DNA of 37,868 nucleotides. Origin: Bdellovibrionota bacterium. Its GTDB lineage: Bacteria; Bdellovibrionota_C; UBA2361; OMII01. The stretch lies in NCBI GenBank assembly GCA_044356425.1, contig JBIKWG010000002.1, positions 1 through 37,868 on the forward strand, given 5' to 3'. Both the position numbers and the translations under genes were made by a program. Positions 34,882 through 37,868 of the stretch are shown piece by piece; the first letter of the stretch is position 1, and each line of letters begins with the position of its first letter. The notes under the pieces are model-generated. The model ran no database searches and was not told the origin of the DNA. It saw only the letters and a program-made list of their open reading frames with translations.

Positions 34882-35250
34882 ATGCTTGTACGCTCGCTTC
34901 TGCTCATGCTGATTACTGCCTGTTGCGTCGTGGCAGCGCTTAGCGGCTGTCTCGGTGATAATGTTCCTGCGGGAAGGATCCTCGTTCGAAATGACTCTCG
35001 AGATCGAGAGTTTAACACGATCGTTGTGGCAGCTGGTGGAGCCTCTCGTTCGCTCAAGCCCGGAGGAAAGTTTCTTTTGCCGCCGGGGACCTCACATTTC
35101 TCGGTAAGTCGTGAGTACAAAGAATATACACGCCGGTACACAGTCGCGTGCCCGCCGCTCGGTGATAAGGGCATCGTGGTGAAGACTATTGATATTCATC
35201 TCAACCGAATTCAAGGCGGCTGCAAGACAACGTCAGCTTCTCATCGTTGA
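34882..35250 (+). CDS. Small orphan lipoprotein downstream of btuC
   Basis: The ATG at 34882 is preceded by AGGTGG. MLVRSLLLMLITACCVVAALSGC carries a lipobox (LSGC). The mature part is about 100 aa with no family I recognise. Confidence 0.6.
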   Translation: MLVRSLLLMLITACCVVAALSGCLGDNVPAGRILVRNDSRDREFNTIVVAAGGASRSLKPGGKFLLPPGTSHFSVSREYKEYTRRYTVACPPLGDKGIVVKTIDIHLNRIQGGCKTTSASHR

Positions 35251-35283
35251 TGGTGGTGGTTGAATATCTTGGGTGTAGCGACT

Positions 35284-36033
35284 TTAGTACTGCAAGCAGC
35301 GATCGAGCAGCGGATGGATGCGCGCTACGCGACCTACAGGGTCTAGATCATCCAGAATTCGCTGCTTCTCTAACGGTGAGAGAGGCAGGTAGGCAGCAAT
35401 CAAATCGGTTAAAGCGCTCAGTGTTTGGAACGAATGGGCGGCCTTGATGAGGTCTTGCTGGCTATAGCATGCAAGCTGGGACATCTTTGCGGTTGGATAT
35501 GCGCGCCCTCCAAATAGCTCTTCGTTGTAAAATTGCGGCGCTGGAAGTTCTCCTTTTAAGAGAAGCCGTTCAAACGATGATAGAAGTTGGTCGTACTGCT
35601 CAGCAGATATAACGTCCACGCTGACTTCTGATTCGGAAATAAGCTCTGCGTGTGCAACAAACATCCCACATTCATGCAGGCCCATGCCAATTACGTTAAC
35701 TCTCTGAAACGCCTCAATAGCAACATCATAGACTGGCCCGTCTGCGCTATCGTGGGCAATGATGTCATGAGCACGGGCCATCAGGCCTGTAGGCGCCATG
35801 TTTTCTCTCGTTGGATCTGACGGGGTTGCTGAGAACTGGCTTACTACGATAACGCCGGCTTCGCTCTCGTCACGTAGGAACTCGGCGGCTGAGACTGACT
35901 GGGGCAGCCCTAGTCGCAAAGGAAGAGCGAATATTTTGTCAGGGTAGCGCTCTTGCTCGATTGGAAACGGAACGAAATTGCGAACAACAATTGCTGCGTA
36001 CGTCTTATATGTCTGTCTTTCCTGACGATTCAT
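35284..36033 (-). CDS. Lon N-terminal (LON substrate-binding) domain protein, no ATPase or protease part
   Basis: The C-terminal TDLIAAYLPLSPLEKQRILDDLDPVGRVARIHPLL parallels the Lon N-domain segment (..IAAHMPLKLADKQSVLEMSDVNERLEYL..). N-terminal IVVRNFVPFP...IFALPLRLG parallels LPLRDVVVYP...VIPLFVG. ATG at 36033, or GTG at 36051. Confidence 0.65.
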   Translation of the reverse strand: MNRQERQTYKTYAAIVVRNFVPFPIEQERYPDKIFALPLRLGLPQSVSAAEFLRDESEAGVIVVSQFSATPSDPTRENMAPTGLMARAHDIIAHDSADGPVYDVAIEAFQRVNVIGMGLHECGMFVAHAELISESEVSVDVISAEQYDQLLSSFERLLLKGELPAPQFYNEELFGGRAYPTAKMSQLACYSQQDLIKAAHSFQTLSALTDLIAAYLPLSPLEKQRILDDLDPVGRVARIHPLLDRCLQY

Positions 36034-36283
36034 GAAGCTCCCCAAGAGCACTAATCCGTGCCCTTAGGAGCTATCGTATTGCCCTATCGAATCCTCAAGA
36101 GTTCGACGCTGATAAGCTGGGAATCTTGTTAAAATAGTCCTTGCTGGGGCTTACTTAGCGTCCCCTCCAACTCATGTGGTTTAGACTCGAGTGGTTCCGG
36201 TTGCTTTGCTTGTTTTGCATCTCTTTTTGCTTCCACTGCTGAAACATGTGAAGATCCATGGATTTGTCTCAGGATTCAGCTTT

Positions 36284-37285
36284 ATGGGCCCGTCTGCTAC
36301 GCACTTTTTTTTCGAACTTACGCCGGAGCGTGTGCTTGATGCAGTCGAGCGGCTAGGGGTGCGCTGTACAGGCCGAGTGATGGCGCTGAACAGCATGGAA
36401 AATCGAGTCTATGAGGTTGAGCTAGACCTTGATGAAGCGCCCTTGCGAGATCGGTGGGAAGCCTATCGAGTTGTTAAATTTTATCGTCCAGGAAGATGGA
36501 CGAAGGATCAGATCCTTGAAGAGCACCAGTTTCTCAGTGAGTGTCAGGAGGCTGAGATTCCTGTTGTAGCACCGATTGAGTTTCCTGATGGCTCAACCGT
36601 AGCTGAGGTTGGAGAGGCAGGCATATTCTACTCGGTTTTTCCAAAGGTAGGGGGGCGAATCTTAGATGAGATGACCGACAGCCAGCTACGACAGATAGGT
36701 CGACTGCTAGCGCGCTTGCATGCAGTAGGGGCTCGCCACCCATTTGCTCACCGGGCGACCCTGTCAGTCGATTCTTATGGTCGTTCTAATATAGCGTATC
36801 TGCGTGAGGGTAAGTTTATTCCGTCGTCGGTAGAGGCCCACTATAGCGGATTAGCAGAGCGGATTTTTTCAGCTTGTGAGCCTTGGTTTGCTCAGACCGC
36901 TATGCAGCGCTTGCACGGCGATTGCCACATTGGAAATCTGCTGTGGTCAGCAGCAGGGTGCTCTATCGTTGATTTTGATGATGCTTTGGCGGGTCCGTGC
37001 GTTCAGGATCTTTGGTTGCTTACACCTGGGCGAGAGGCAGAGTCGCAGGCCCAGCGAGAGCAGCTTCTGGAGGGATATGAAATGATGAGGACCTTCGATC
37101 GAACGTCGTTACGATTGATTGAGCCGTTACGCGCATTGCGAATGATTCACTTTACGGCCTGGATTGCGCGGCGCTATGAGGATCCAGCTTTTAAGCGCGT
37201 TTTTGTCGATTTTGGCTCAGAGGGCTACTGGCGAGAGCAGTTGATTGCCTTGCAGGAAGTAGGTGAAAGTATTGGCGTTGGATGA
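36284..37285 (+). CDS. srkA: Stress response serine/threonine kinase SrkA (YihE/RdoA family)
   Basis: NSMENRVYEVEL, VVKFYRPGRWTKDQILEEHQFL, LHGDCHIGNLLW, VDFDDALAGPCVQDLWLL and LIEPLRALRMIHFTAWIARRYEDPAF are collinear with E. coli YihE. The ATG at 36284 gives 333 aa. The hydrophobic 31-codon extension in the track is unlikely. Confidence 0.85.
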   Translation: MGPSATHFFFELTPERVLDAVERLGVRCTGRVMALNSMENRVYEVELDLDEAPLRDRWEAYRVVKFYRPGRWTKDQILEEHQFLSECQEAEIPVVAPIEFPDGSTVAEVGEAGIFYSVFPKVGGRILDEMTDSQLRQIGRLLARLHAVGARHPFAHRATLSVDSYGRSNIAYLREGKFIPSSVEAHYSGLAERIFSACEPWFAQTAMQRLHGDCHIGNLLWSAAGCSIVDFDDALAGPCVQDLWLLTPGREAESQAQREQLLEGYEMMRTFDRTSLRLIEPLRALRMIHFTAWIARRYEDPAFKRVFVDFGSEGYWREQLIALQEVGESIGVG

Positions 37286-37484
37286 CCTCTCTGTATCCCT
37301 TAAAGCTGAAATTTGTTAACCAACTTGGAGGGTTGTGAGCGCTAGTAAACGCAGCAGTATCGGCGGCAGACTAGATGCGTAATCTTATGCGTGTGCCAAA
37401 GATAGGCCCCACTAATTCTGTCCATGTGCCAAAACAGTGAGTGATTAAAGCTTCACTTTGCTTTATAGTGACCGCTCAGTACTT

Positions 37485-37868
37485 ATGGTGTCCAGCATCT
37501 TCATAGTTCTTCTTCTCATTGCCCTTAACGCATTCTTCGTAGCGGCAGAGTTTGCAATCATTAAGGTTCGCTACTCAGCAGTAGAGGCTGATGTGGCGGA
37601 GGGTCGGCGTGTAGCGAAGTTAGCGCAAGGCGTTCTCGACCGGCTGGATGCCTATCTTTCAGCTTCGCAGATCGGCATAACGTTAGCCAGCCTTGCACTC
37701 GGATGGGTTGGCGAGCCCGTATTGGCTCAGTTAATCATGTCAGGATTCACCGCGACGCATGTGCCAATTTCAGCTGAGTTAGCGCATAGCATCGCGGTGC
37801 CGATTGCTTTTGTTACCATCACCGTTTTGCACCTTGTGTTTGGAGAGGCGGTGCCAAAATATGCAGCG
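37485..37868 (+). CDS. CNNM/DUF21-domain (TlyC/CorC-type hemolysin-family) membrane protein, 3' end cut by the window edge
   Basis: The frame is open from the ATG at 37485 to the window end. It reads MVSSIFIVLLLIALNAFFVAAEFAIIKVRYS...SASQIGITLASLALGWVGEP...VLHLVFGEAVPK, which is the DUF21 pattern. It is absent from the ORF track because no stop codon falls inside the window. Confidence 0.8.
   Translation, partial: MVSSIFIVLLLIALNAFFVAAEFAIIKVRYSAVEADVAEGRRVAKLAQGVLDRLDAYLSASQIGITLASLALGWVGEPVLAQLIMSGFTATHVPISAELAHSIAVPIAFVTITVLHLVFGEAVPKYAA

Noticed and set aside
37333-37348. A lac-operator-like half-palindrome TTGTGAGCGCTAGTAA downstream of srkA.
   Set aside because: The left half matches TTGTGAGC, but the right half matches the symmetric partner at only 5 of 8 positions. 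No LacI-family regulator is nearby.
1-37868. A window-wide search by eye for CRISPR arrays, IS elements and inverted terminal repeats, integrases, tRNA/rRNA genes, toxin-antitoxin pairs, reverse transcriptases and known defence-system signatures.
   Set aside because: None was found. There are no regularly spaced repeats of 24 nt or more, no transposase, integrase or RT-like ORF, and no tRNA T-arm consensus. Gene content and density look like ordinary chromosomal backbone.

Overview
Densely coding 37.9-kb chromosomal segment, roughly 50% GC by eye, from a diderm (Gram-negative-type) bacterium. The diderm call rests on TonB, two TonB-dependent receptors, AmpG and PBP4. I can support about 29 protein genes, most of them housekeeping, envelope or transport. 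In order: HAD hydrolase (5'-truncated), mannitol-dehydrogenase-family enzyme, TerC-family membrane protein, AmtB, an 883-aa orphan envelope protein, PBP4/DacB, RmlA, a possible basic micro-ORF, a 771-aa orphan, DUF1294, TonB, a TonB-dependent receptor, AmpG, RNase HI, a GT-C-type membrane glycosyltransferase, TypA/BipA, a DAACS symporter, a TPR + GT41 (SPINDLY/OGT-like) protein, a 255-aa unknown, FabV, a polysaccharide pyruvyl transferase, btuB-btuF-btuD-btuC with a trailing orphan lipoprotein, a Lon-N-domain protein, SrkA, and a 3'-truncated CNNM/DUF21 protein. The best-supported non-coding element is a textbook cobalamin riboswitch (30011-30160) in front of btuB. I see no rRNA, tRNA, CRISPR array, transposase, integrase or phage genes. 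I do not see a convincing multi-gene novel system. The least explained content is the two large orphan proteins (5370-8021 and 11225-13540), the 690-nt gap with a Lys/Arg-rich micro-ORF (10536-11224), and a strongly structured leader in front of the TerC-family gene (2432-2575). All family calls come from motifs I recognise by eye in the supplied translations. No searches or folding programs were run.
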